This document shows positions 1-8,011 of a DNA stretch of 20,000 nucleotides, piece by piece. Below the pieces are notes generated by a model. The model saw only the letters and a program-made list of their open reading frames with translations. It had not been told where the DNA came from and ran no database searches. The DNA is from an uncultured virus (IMG/VR IMGVR_UViG_3300012005_000005). Taxonomy: Duplodnaviria > Heunggongvirae > Uroviricota > Caudoviricetes. Positions within the stretch are counted from its first letter, which is position 1. Each line of letters opens with the position of its first letter. The stretch is from IMG/VR virus record IMGVR_UViG_3300012005_000005, one strand, 5' to 3'. Made by a program: the position numbers and the translations under genes.

Positions 1-74
1 TGGATTGGAAGCAATATAATGAAAAAGTAGGAATGTCCAAAGCGGAATTTCTTGCCTATCTTGACAAAAAATAG
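1..74 (+). CDS. 3' end of a CDS entering from the left edge (...DWKQYNEKVGMSKAEFLAYLDKK*)
   Basis: Open frame from position 3 to TAG at 72-74 with protein-like composition; partial. Confidence 0.55.
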   Translation, partial: DWKQYNEKVGMSKAEFLAYLDKK

Positions 75-89
75 GTAAGTAAGATAATG

Positions 90-880
90 AAGGCTTTATG
101 CCTTTCAGGGCAAGAGGAATGTAAATTAATATCCTTTGCCCTACTATATAGGTTTTCTGTTATAATTAGCAGCAGCCTTTATAAAATACAGATAAAGCCA
201 TTTTTATGAGCTTTTGAACAGGTAAAGAATGTATTATGTACTTTGGCATACATTAACCCCGTAAGGTTAAATAATACATATCTTTGGTAACTTGCTTAGC
301 AATCCTGAATAGTGTAGTGTAGCGCACTCTAAAAATACTACTGTTCAACCCTAAGCAAACGTAGGGGTGCAAATGCGAAAGCCAATGCATTGAACGTGTA
401 AATCGCTGAAATTACAGTAAGCGTTTCTTTCAATTCTATGTAATTGAAGAAAATCTCTTGAATAGTTTGTATGGGATATATCTATATCCTTACATAATGT
501 GCAGTGCTATGAATAGGCGGATATTGTATTATTCATAGGGCAGCTAATAACATCGGTTATTAGTAAAGTAAAGAGTCGGGCATTTCTTGAAACGGTTAAT
601 AGACTTTTAAATCTATCCGTCCCTCTAAAGTTATGTTTAGTTATAGCGAAAGTTTGCCATAAGTGAAAAGGTAAAGTATGTGAATACGTATATCCCTCAG
701 TAACAGGCGCCAAAGAACGGGCAAAACAAGTTTTTAAGGCTGTTTTATCGGTTGGATAGACAGATTGATGGGTACTTCGTGCAATGTGTAGTGATATTGC
801 AGCATTTTAAAGGATAAAATGTGGGCTTACTTAGGTCGGGTAGTATTATGTCATTCACTTAAATTTAAACCGTTCCCTTC
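90..880 (+). ncRNA. Candidate large structured non-coding RNA (family unknown; strand assumed from neighbours)
   Basis: No convincing ORF. Back-to-back helices: AGGGCAA 107-113/TTGCCCT 136-142; ATGTATTAT 229-237/ATAATACAT 271-279 enclosing TTAACC 253-258/GGTTAA 265-270; TTCAATT 429-435/AATTGAA 442-448; CTATGAATA 507-515/TATTCATAG 530-538; CTAATAAC 544-551/GTTATTAG 556-563; TGCAATGT 780-787/ATATTGCA 794-801. Confidence 0.5.
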
Positions 881-1099
881 CAAAGGAGAAAAAAGAGTTA
901 TTATTTTACTGTTTATAATTAAGGTTATAAATAGTGCGCTCAACTCCAATAAAACAAATAAAGTTTTTATTAGTTTTGTATACTTTAACAAAATTAATGT
1001 TCATATATTAAAGAGAATTTTAATAGTCATGCCAAAAGTATGGTTGTTTGTGTATCGGTTTGCACATATATGAGCTTGTATAATGGTTATTTAGAGGAT

Positions 1100-1134
1100 A
1101 GGGCAATAGTATTAATTTATTATTGCCTTTTTTT
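1100..1134 (+). terminator. Rho-independent terminator
   Basis: GGCAATAGTA...TATTATTGCC stem followed by a T run. Confidence 0.7.
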
Positions 1135-1155
1135 ATGCCTTAAATTATAGCATTT

Positions 1156-1296
1156 ATGATAGTATTATATGAAAATAAATGGTGCAAAATATGTTCAAAG
1201 GGTACTATTTATGTACTGATTAGTAAAAGTAATAAATACAATGATCAATATTTTACAACATTTAGCGCTGCTAAAATATCAATTGGTATATTATGA
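1156..1296 (+). CDS. Small hypothetical protein (46 aa, MIVLYENKWCKICSKG...)
   Basis: Read by hand, below the ORF-track cutoff; its TGA overlaps the next ATG (ATGA coupling). Confidence 0.45.
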   Translation: MIVLYENKWCKICSKGTIYVLISKSNKYNDQYFTTFSAAKISIGIL

Positions 1297-1362
1297 AAAA
1301 GTTTAAAATGTGGCTTAAAACCTTTTTTAATATTGAAGGTTATTCAAACTTTCAATGGATGT

Positions 1363-1530
1363 ATGAATAAAAATTTTTATTCCCTTGCTACTATCTATTT
1401 AATAGATAAGAAAAAAGACAAGATTAAGAATAAAGAGGAAAATTCTATTATTGAAAGTGCAAAGTTACTGTCATCCATTAAAAAAGAAATACATAAAGTT
1501 TATGAAAATATGCTTAAGATGGGTATATAA
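1363..1530 (+). CDS. Small hypothetical protein
   Basis: ATG at 1363 within track ORF 1333-1530; part of a chain of overlapping small ORFs. Confidence 0.45.
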   Translation: MNKNFYSLATIYLIDKKKDKIKNKEENSIIESAKLLSSIKKEIHKVYENMLKMGI

Positions 1531-1801
1531 TGATAATACAACTATCATTAAAAATACATATGCTTTGTATGTAAATGTGCCGCCTAAAGTAAATTTGAAG
1601 TGGAAAATTGCATTAACAAAGCAAATAGAACCTTATTGTAGAAAAGATAGGAAATGTATTGCTTCATTTGGCGGTCAAAACTATCAACTATCTTCACGCA
1701 GTCCTAAAAATTTAGTTACAAACATTGCTAAAATTATAATTGACAATAAACCAAATAAATTGAATATTGATAATATTACACAAAACTATGTGAAGTATTA
1801 A
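1502..1801 (+). CDS. Hypothetical protein
   Basis: Track ORF 1451-1801; ATG at 1502 overlapping the upstream ORF is the more likely start. Confidence 0.5.
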   Translation: MKICLRWVYNDNTTIIKNTYALYVNVPPKVNLKWKIALTKQIEPYCRKDRKCIASFGGQNYQLSSRSPKNLVTNIAKIIIDNKPNKLNIDNITQNYVKY

Positions 1802-1846
1802 TCTATAAATAGGTATCTATATTTTATCACAATTTAATTTTTCATT

Positions 1847-2326
1847 ATGAAAAATGTAATTATGGCCGTATTTGCACAGCATTTAACATCTGTTAATAAA
1901 GGTGGTAATGTTGTTACATTTGATGAAGAGCAAAAATTTGTTGGAGAAACTGAACAGGCAATGACTGCAAATGCAGTTTCACTGTGGTTACTCGGACAAG
2001 TTAAACACTTTGTCAAATTGCAAAGGTTGCAAGGAAAAACAGGCTTTAAAATGAGCAAGCCTATTGACCTGACTTTAACAGTTAACAAAAAAACTGAGAA
2101 GTTTGGCTTTAAATTCTCCTTATCTTTGGAAAGGATTGAAAGACTTATTGAACGTACACCTGAATTGGTGCAGGAAGCCTTCACTCCGGCCCGTACACCT
2201 TCACAGGTTATTGCATCATTGGAAGGTGCGAAAAGTTACCTGCTTGAAAGAGGTAACAGTGTTATTTGCCCCGCTGTAAAAGCAAAAAAAGTGGTGGCTG
2301 TTATTGAGGAAGTTGCTGCAAATTAG
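1847..2326 (+). CDS. Hypothetical protein (159 aa)
   Basis: A/T-rich leader, protein-like composition, followed by a terminator. Confidence 0.85.
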   Translation: MKNVIMAVFAQHLTSVNKGGNVVTFDEEQKFVGETEQAMTANAVSLWLLGQVKHFVKLQRLQGKTGFKMSKPIDLTLTVNKKTEKFGFKFSLSLERIERLIERTPELVQEAFTPARTPSQVIASLEGAKSYLLERGNSVICPAVKAKKVVAVIEEVAAN

Positions 2327-2345
2327 CCCACTTCGTTTTTTTATT

Positions 2346-2382
2346 AAAAAGCACATTCATTAATTTGGGCGTGCTTTTTTTA
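2346..2382 (+). terminator. Rho-independent terminator (possibly bidirectional)
   Basis: AAAAAGCAC...GTGCTTTTTTT. Confidence 0.8.
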
Positions 2383-2479
2383 TTCTCTCAATTATTCATC
2401 ATGAATATTCATCTTACTTTATTTGGTTATCTAATAATCATTTATTTGCACTCTTATAAATTTTCTAAAAACTTATACC

Positions 2480-2608
2480 ATGCTAATCACAATGACAAAC
2501 GGTGAAAAATACACTGTTAAAATTGCATCTTTTGCACAAGGTTTTTGCTATGCAGATAGTTTAAAACTACCTGTAAAAGATATAATGGCTATCACACCCG
2601 TAAAATAA
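2480..2608 (+). CDS. Small hypothetical protein (42 aa, MLITMTNGEKYTVK...)
   Basis: Read by hand; ATG after an A-rich leader, TAA at 2606-2608. Confidence 0.55.
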   Translation: MLITMTNGEKYTVKIASFAQGFCYADSLKLPVKDIMAITPVK

Positions 2609-2641
2609 TAATATTGATTTTTAACTATTAAATATAAAATA

Positions 2642-2878
2642 ATGAAAAATTCTCGCATTCCAGGCACACGGGAACAAATTAATGGTGTGCGCAAAACTCC
2701 TAATGGTGTAAGGATTGAGTCTGGCATTGCTAATTTTGATGCAGCATGGGAAAAAGCCAAAAAATTGGAACGCAATGCTAAAAATGGAGAAACCTTTAAC
2801 GTTTCAGGCTTTGCGGGTAATTATTGCCTGTTAAAATATGGAGCAAAATTGGAAAATGATTACATTCACATGACTTAA
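2642..2878 (+). CDS. Hypothetical protein (78 aa)
   Basis: ORF with an A-rich initiation region. Confidence 0.75.
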   Translation: MKNSRIPGTREQINGVRKTPNGVRIESGIANFDAAWEKAKKLERNAKNGETFNVSGFAGNYCLLKYGAKLENDYIHMT

Positions 2879-2884
2879 TCTAAA

Positions 2885-3090
2885 TGCAGTTCAAAAGCTG
2901 TAAATTTGTATTGTGTAGCCTGTCATTCACAATAGGCTATTCATATAAACGGCTATATGGTGAACAGGCGTTAAACCTGCAAAGAATAGCTATATAAAAT
3001 CAATACAAGTTATTTTGATGACAATTAATAGTGTTCCCTTTGACTAATAGGGTGAGTCCCCACTCAAAGAGGATTAAAAGCTTGTCTGCC
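2885..3090 (+). ncRNA. Structured intergenic element(s): candidate small RNA or regulatory leader
   Basis: 11-bp closing stem AATTTGTATTG 2903-2913/CAATACAAGTT 3001-3011 with nested hairpins; second stem CTTTGA 3038-3043/TCAAAG 3064-3069. Confidence 0.4.
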
Positions 3091-3113
3091 TATTATTTGT
3101 AAAAACTATTTAG

Positions 3114-3536
3114 ATGAATAACTTAGAAGAAATTTACGAAAATAATTATGTAAGTGTTGAAACATTTAATGCTGAAGATAAAAAACCTTTTAAATTTGCA
3201 ATATGTGTTGAAATTCATGAGGTTGAGAATAATAAATTTTTAGTGATTGTAAACGCTGCAAAGTTACCCAAGTATTTAACAAAAAGTAAATTAAAATCCA
3301 TTGCATCTTCTATGTGTATAGAACCAAAAGAAGTTAGTGTGACTGATGTTTCTCAATATGGATTAAGTGCACCTTTAGATAGTTATTTAATTAACGAAAA
3401 TGAGATAGAAAGTAAATTAAATAAGATAGATAAACAAATACCTATTTATGATAAGCTTTGTGGATTTTATTTTGATAGGCAAGCAAATAGAGTAGGTAAA
3501 ACAGGATGGGATTTTTTAAATGGCAATATAAATTGA
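3114..3536 (+). CDS. Hypothetical phage protein (C-terminal GFYFDRQANRVGKTGWD)
   Basis: 140-aa ORF in the + strand gene run. Confidence 0.8.
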   Translation: MNNLEEIYENNYVSVETFNAEDKKPFKFAICVEIHEVENNKFLVIVNAAKLPKYLTKSKLKSIASSMCIEPKEVSVTDVSQYGLSAPLDSYLINENEIESKLNKIDKQIPIYDKLCGFYFDRQANRVGKTGWDFLNGNIN

Positions 3537-3549
3537 TTAATTATCATTT

Positions 3550-3723
3550 ATGAAAATTACTTTTATTAACTATTGGAAAAGAAAAGACCATTTTTCTTCT
3601 GTAAATAATTTGGTTCAAATTGAGCTGATTAGAATGGGTAATTGTAAAGGGTACAGAGATGTATTTTATTTTGTTATTTTTAATATTGGATTTGTAATAT
3701 ATTTTAAATCACATAAACTATGA
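3550..3723 (+). CDS. Small hypothetical protein (57 aa)
   Basis: Read by hand; ATGA overlap with the ORF starting at 3720. Confidence 0.55.
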   Translation: MKITFINYWKRKDHFSSVNNLVQIELIRMGNCKGYRDVFYFVIFNIGFVIYFKSHKL

Positions 3724-4055
3724 AACACACACAAAAAATTGTAAAGATTGCATTGCTATTGCAAAAAAAATTCGGGTGGGATGAACTGCAAATTAACTGT
3801 TTTATTAATCGTGTTTCTCAATTCACAAGCAGTTTAAGAGAACTTAATGAACTGGTAATTGCTAACCCTAATGCAATTTTAAGTTTGTCTAAACAAAGAA
3901 ATTTGCAAACTTATTACGCTAAATCCTTTATTATAGAAAAGGGAATAGAAGAAATAACTTTTTCTAAAGATCCATCTGATTGTCCTATAAAAATGAATTT
4001 AGGAAAAGAGTTTGCTAATTATGCGGATGACAAGTCTTTTGTAGTAGACCTTTAA
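3720..4055 (+). CDS. Hypothetical protein (111 aa)
   Basis: ORF track; coupled start. Confidence 0.75.
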   Translation: MKHTQKIVKIALLLQKKFGWDELQINCFINRVSQFTSSLRELNELVIANPNAILSLSKQRNLQTYYAKSFIIEKGIEEITFSKDPSDCPIKMNLGKEFANYADDKSFVVDL

Positions 4056-4080
4056 ATTTTAAATTATTAAATTAATTATT

Positions 4081-4179
4081 ATGTTTTTACTTGGTTTACT
4101 TGCAGGCATATTTATATGTATTATCATTATAGGCATTTTAATAAAAAAAGCTTTAAACTCTTATTGGGATAAATTTTAA
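4081..4179 (+). CDS. Small single-TM membrane peptide (32 aa, MFLLGLLAGIFICIIIIGILIKK...)
   Basis: Hydrophobic run followed by KK; A/T-rich leader. Confidence 0.5.
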   Translation: MFLLGLLAGIFICIIIIGILIKKALNSYWDKF

Positions 4180-4261
4180 TTATTTGATTATGACTGAAAT
4201 AATATTAGAAGGTAATACAATTAGTGTTCTTTATCTTGAACATGAAATTTAAATCTATAAT

Positions 4262-4486
4262 ATGTATGCTTCTCAAATTGTTGCTGTTTATAAGGGTATA
4301 ATTATCACAAGAAGTGAGGGGTTATATTCCTGTTTATTAGACTTCACTTTAGAAAGTGAATGTTTTTCTGATATAGTTTACTTTATAGATAATTATTTAT
4401 ATACACCAATGCCTGAACCTATAGTAGATAACTACATAATTGGTGAATATGTTTTTAGGTGCAATATGTCTAATCTTAAAAATTAA
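4262..4486 (+). CDS. Hypothetical protein (74 aa)
   Basis: ORF track. Confidence 0.65.
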   Translation: MYASQIVAVYKGIIITRSEGLYSCLLDFTLESECFSDIVYFIDNYLYTPMPEPIVDNYIIGEYVFRCNMSNLKN

Positions 4487-4491
4487 TTTTT

Positions 4492-4629
4492 ATGTACTCC
4501 CTTAAAAGAATCTTTGACAATAAATTTGAATTGTATCATAATGATAAATACAAAGGAACTTTGATTATGCTTGAAGCAGAGGCAAAGTTAATTGTACAAT
4601 GTTTAAATACTCACCCTTTAATTGATTAA
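4492..4629 (+). CDS. Small hypothetical protein (45 aa)
   Basis: Read by hand; fills the gap between the flanking ORFs exactly. Confidence 0.55.
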   Translation: MYSLKRIFDNKFELYHNDKYKGTLIMLEAEAKLIVQCLNTHPLID

Positions 4630-4630
4630 T

Positions 4631-5110
4631 ATGAGAAAAGATATAATTAATTCTTATATTATAAAAGTTAAAAACACTAAAGGTATAGAATTTGAAGTAG
4701 GTGAAACTGTAGAACTATCTTCTATGGGAGATAGAGGTACAATAGTAGGGTTTGGTACTTATAAGGGTATTACTTATGTGGTTTTTGATAATGAGGAATT
4801 TGGTGAGTGGAATATAAATGATAAAGAGATTTATAAAATAACAAAAAACATTACAGAGTTGCCCACAGCAAAAGAAATGGTTAAAAAGTGGGATGAAGTA
4901 GGTTTTTTAGAAGATAGATTTATAGAATTTGCAAAACTACATGTTAAAAAAGCTTTAGAAAAGGCTGCTAAAAATGCTTATGTAGAGTATATAGATTTAA
5001 CATCAGATGAAGTTTTCGATTATACTGATGTTATTACAGATGATAATGTTGGAGCAAATGTTAATAAAGAATCAATTCTTAACGCTTATCCTTTAAATAA
5101 TATAAAATGA
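4631..5110 (+). CDS. Hypothetical protein (possible SH3-like N-terminal part; C-terminal EFAKLHVKKALE...SILNAYPLNNIK segment)
   Basis: Track ORF 4622-5110 with ATG at 4631. Confidence 0.8.
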   Translation: MRKDIINSYIIKVKNTKGIEFEVGETVELSSMGDRGTIVGFGTYKGITYVVFDNEEFGEWNINDKEIYKITKNITELPTAKEMVKKWDEVGFLEDRFIEFAKLHVKKALEKAAKNAYVEYIDLTSDEVFDYTDVITDDNVGANVNKESILNAYPLNNIK

Positions 5111-5271
5111 AAAAAGTTAAAACTGTTTTTAAAATAAATGGAGCTTCTTACACTGTAGAAGCTGTAGGACAAGACGCTATAAACGCTATCCGTAAAGGAT
5201 TTAGAGGTTCCTCTATATTCTTATCTGGCTTTTATGTGAATGATAAATTCATTCCTGTTAATTTAAACTAA
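5107..5271 (+). CDS. Small hypothetical protein (54 aa)
   Basis: ATGA overlap with the upstream stop; read by hand. Confidence 0.6.
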   Translation: MKKVKTVFKINGASYTVEAVGQDAINAIRKGFRGSSIFLSGFYVNDKFIPVNLN

Positions 5272-5281
5272 AATCATTTTT

Positions 5282-5581
5282 ATGGAAAACCTATTCTTAG
5301 GAGCAGACCTCTCAAAAAAAGCAGCCTTTGAAAAATTTGCTGCTTATAAAAAAGAACGTCCTTACAAGTATACAAAATCATTTACAGAAAAAGAATGGAA
5401 TGAACATTTGTATGGAATGTGGAAAGGTATGAATGTAGATATTCCTATTCTAAGAGATTACATTGCAATAACCAAAAAAGGTGTAAGAACTGAGGTACAG
5501 GCATCTAATTATATAGATGCAAAATTATCTGCTTCCAAAGTCCTTAATGTGCGCTTTTCAGAAATAGAAACTGTACTCTAA
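5282..5581 (+). CDS. Hypothetical protein (99 aa)
   Basis: ORF track. Confidence 0.8.
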   Translation: MENLFLGADLSKKAAFEKFAAYKKERPYKYTKSFTEKEWNEHLYGMWKGMNVDIPILRDYIAITKKGVRTEVQASNYIDAKLSASKVLNVRFSEIETVL

Positions 5582-5604
5582 TATAAATTTATAAAAAATT
5601 AAAC

Positions 5605-5955
5605 ATGAAATTGACCATTTCCTACAAAAACTGTGAACAAAGAATTGTTAACCTGCATCCTACATTTTTTACATCTGACGTGGATGTTGCTTTTAACCAC
5701 AAAAATAATCGTTTAGAAAAACGTATTTTAACACCTTCTGACAAAGCAATGGTACTTTCAGGAAGTTTTGGTACACATCCGCACACTATTTTATTAGAGC
5801 GTAATGGTTCTATTCAACTGAATAAAATCATTCGTGAAAATGCTCCTGCTGCAAAGGTTATGGTAGAAAAAATAAATGAGAAAAAAGTGAAGAAAGATTT
5901 AAAAAAAGAGTGCAAAGGACAAATTTTACACACATTAACGCATGTTTCCTTTTAA
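5605..5955 (+). CDS. Hypothetical protein (116 aa)
   Basis: ORF track. Confidence 0.8.
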   Translation: MKLTISYKNCEQRIVNLHPTFFTSDVDVAFNHKNNRLEKRILTPSDKAMVLSGSFGTHPHTILLERNGSIQLNKIIRENAPAAKVMVEKINEKKVKKDLKKECKGQILHTLTHVSF

Positions 5956-5982
5956 TATTGAAGAAGCATTTAAACGTATACC

Positions 5983-6147
5983 ATGAAATATAAATCAAAA
6001 TTAATAGGGTTATTTTTGTTCTTTTGTGCTCTATTAATTGTAATGTTCTTTCCAATATTTTATACTTTTCACACAAATAATGGAAATTGGTTATTCTTAT
6101 ACATTCCTGAATTTCTTATGATTGCATTTGTAATCAAAAATGATTAA
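5983..6147 (+). CDS. Small membrane protein (54 aa, two hydrophobic stretches)
   Basis: Read by hand: MKYKSKLIGLFLFFCALLIVMFFPIFY... Confidence 0.55.
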   Translation: MKYKSKLIGLFLFFCALLIVMFFPIFYTFHTNNGNWLFLYIPEFLMIAFVIKND

Positions 6148-6149
6148 TT

Positions 6150-6503
6150 ATGAAAGTTATTATACAAGGTTTAATTATAGACCTCAGTTTGGTTTATATG
6201 ATTTCAGAATTAAAAACTAAGAAAGAAGGTGGAGGCTCATTTACTATTTATATTTTAAATACAGAATCACTTATCCATATAAACCAGACTGGGTTAGATT
6301 TTTCAGAATTCTATAGATATGAAAACTCTTTTGAAAAAGATCCCATCATAATAGCCAAAATTCAAAGAAGCATTTCTAATATAACAAACGCTTATAATGA
6401 ATTAATTGCTTATTGGAACACAAGTGAAAAACCTTTTCCTAAAATATCTTTAGAAGAAGTGTTTCCTGCTCCTGTATTAAATACTTTTTATGAAAATGAT
6501 TGA
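6150..6503 (+). CDS. Hypothetical protein (117 aa)
   Basis: ORF track. Confidence 0.75.
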   Translation: MKVIIQGLIIDLSLVYMISELKTKKEGGGSFTIYILNTESLIHINQTGLDFSEFYRYENSFEKDPIIIAKIQRSISNITNAYNELIAYWNTSEKPFPKISLEEVFPAPVLNTFYEND

Positions 6504-6770
6504 TAAAATTTAGACACAGATTATTAACAAAGGTGAGAAAACGAAAGTCTACCCCTTACCCCTTAGAAGGAATAGACTTAAAATTTTCACCTGTTAGACA
6601 CGAGTTACTACCTGTAGGCTGTTGGTTACGCAAGTCTTGAAGAATACCAACATTTAAGAGAAAACCATTATACAATTTTACTTGTTCTTGTAGTGATGTT
6701 GGCTTACCATGTCCTAAAAAGAAAATGCAAACTTACTAAAATAATTTCAAATAACCAAATAAATTTTAAA

Positions 6771-7106
6771 ATGAGTAACAAAATCAAAGTGGATGAACTT
6801 ACCATAGATGGTACAGTTTATGTTCCAAAAGAATATGTAAAAGCAAGTTTTACAGGAGATGTAAAAATTGTAATTCTTCAACGTGGGTGGGTTTACATTG
6901 GAAGATTTTCAAGAATTGGAAATGATTGTAAGTTAGAAAATGCTTACAATATCCGCACATGGGGAACAACAAAAGGACTTGCTGAATTGGTAAATGGGGC
7001 TACTAATAATACGAAACTTGACAAGTGTGAAGGAATAGTGGAGTTTGATTGGTTAACAGTAGTTCATACTATCACCGTAAATAAAGAGAAATGGAGTCAA
7101 ATATAA
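6771..7106 (+). CDS. DUF6948-like small beta-barrel phage protein
   Basis: Motifs IVILQRGWVYIG and LENAYNIRTWGTTKGLAEL resemble, from memory, the phage family found upstream of Gly-X repeat genes; ATG at 6771 follows an A-rich leader. Confidence 0.6.
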   Translation: MSNKIKVDELTIDGTVYVPKEYVKASFTGDVKIVILQRGWVYIGRFSRIGNDCKLENAYNIRTWGTTKGLAELVNGATNNTKLDKCEGIVEFDWLTVVHTITVNKEKWSQI

Positions 7107-7417
7107 GAATAGGTGGTAATTTTGAAGAAAGCCAAAATACCTATGGCAATGGCAGTGGCGATGGCAATGGCTATGGCAATGGCAATGGCAATGGCAGTGG
7201 CTATGGCAGTGGCAGTGGCTATGGCAATGGCAGTGGCGATGGCAATGGCAGTGGCTATGGCAATGGCAGTGGCTATGGCAGTGGCGATGGCGATGGCAAT
7301 GGCAGTGGCTATGGCAATGGCAGTGGCTATGGCAATGGCAGTGGCTATGGCAATGGCAGTGGCGATGGCGATGGCAATGGCAGTGGCTATGGCAATGGCA
7401 ATGGCAGTGGCTATTAA
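7091..7417 (+). CDS. Glycine-rich (Gly-X)45 repeat protein, X = N/S/Y/D
   Basis: 18-aa unique leader followed by 45 G-X dipeptides; start overlaps the end of the upstream gene. Confidence 0.75.
   Translation: MESNIRIGGNFEESQNTYGNGSGDGNGYGNGNGNGSGYGSGSGYGNGSGDGNGSGYGNGSGYGSGDGDGNGSGYGNGSGYGNGSGYGNGSGDGDGNGSGYGNGNGSGY
7142..7414. repeat. Hexanucleotide tandem repeat GGC(AAT/AGT/TAT/GAT)
   Basis: Directly visible 6-nt periodicity with recurring 18-nt higher-order units. Confidence 0.95.
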
Positions 7418-7437
7418 ATATTTCTAAACTTTTTTTT

Positions 7438-7650
7438 ATGATAAAGAGATTATTCGCTGTTCCTGTACTTGTATTTTGTATATTACTTGCTGTTTTATAT
7501 ACACTTAGTTGTGTATGGTTTTTATTATGGATGATAACAGGCAAAACTTATTTTGAAAGCGTGGTCTGTTTCTTAACAGAAGTTTCTTTTCCTTTTTTCG
7601 GAATTATTGGAAGTGAAAAAAATTACTATCCTGACTACAAAGAAGAATAA
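7438..7650 (+). CDS. Small membrane protein (70 aa)
   Basis: Hydrophobic N-terminal segment. Confidence 0.65.
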   Translation: MIKRLFAVPVLVFCILLAVLYTLSCVWFLLWMITGKTYFESVVCFLTEVSFPFFGIIGSEKNYYPDYKEE

Positions 7651-7913
7651 AAAGTTTATTATGTTTGCTTTTGTGGTTTTTACTGTACTGTACACACTGA
7701 CAATGAGATAAAAAAGGGAATTTATTCTCTAATTTTCAATATGGCTAAGGTTATTTACAACGGTAAGAAATGGCTTAGGTTAATTGTAATGATACACTTT
7801 TAGTGTGTTCCTAACATCTAAAATCCTTTAATAATAGGTTATTCCTATAAAATGGAAGTAAAGGCTTATTATTTTGTATAAGGTGTGGGTGAAAGTTAAA
7901 TGTAATAATGGTT

Positions 7914-8001
7914 TGTCTTGTGGCGCAACTGGATAGCGCGCCATGCAGCCATGCAAAAGTATGGCTCATGGAGGTTGAAGGTTCAACTCCTTTCAAGACA
8001 A
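7914..8001 (+). ncRNA. tRNA-like RNA with canonical acceptor, D and T arms but an elongated anticodon arm and no 7-nt anticodon loop
   Basis: Acceptor TGTCTTG 7914-7920/CAAGACA 7994-8000; D arm GCGC-AACTGGATA-GCGC; T arm GAAGG-TTCAACT-CCTTT; CCATG 7941-7945/CATGG 7967-7971 encloses 21 nt that fold as AGCCATGC-AAAA-GTATGGCT. Confidence 0.85.
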
Positions 8002-8011
8002 CATGAATAAT

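Noticed and set aside
296..580. Group I intron (GCAATCCTGA resembles the Q element and AAAGAGTC resembles S)
   Set aside because: No matching R/P7 partner and no interrupted host gene were found.
507..1073. ORFs 507-713 (-) and 819-1073 (+)
   Set aside because: The first lies antisense within the hairpin-dense region. The second has low-complexity AT-driven composition and no recognisable features. Both are probably spurious.
7142..7414. Possible CRISPR array or DGR repeat
   Set aside because: It is a simple hexamer repeat with no unique spacers, and there are no cas or reverse transcriptase genes in the window.
7053..7544. Minus-strand His/Cys-rich ORF (HCHCHS...) and the + strand MA/VA-repeat ORF 7113-7427
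   Set aside because: Both are alternative readings of the 6-nt repeat, which has no stops in these frames. The Gly-X frame has the coupled start and matches a recurring phage protein type.
7660..7910. Additional structured RNA upstream of the first tRNA-like element
   Set aside because: Only short AT-rich hairpins are present (e.g. GATACACT/AGTGTGTT), which I cannot distinguish from chance by eye.
7946..7966. tRNA-Gly(GCC) with a 14-nt canonical intron
   Set aside because: The spliced loop would have A rather than the invariant U33, there is no bulge-helix-bulge motif, and bacteria lack the splicing endonuclease.
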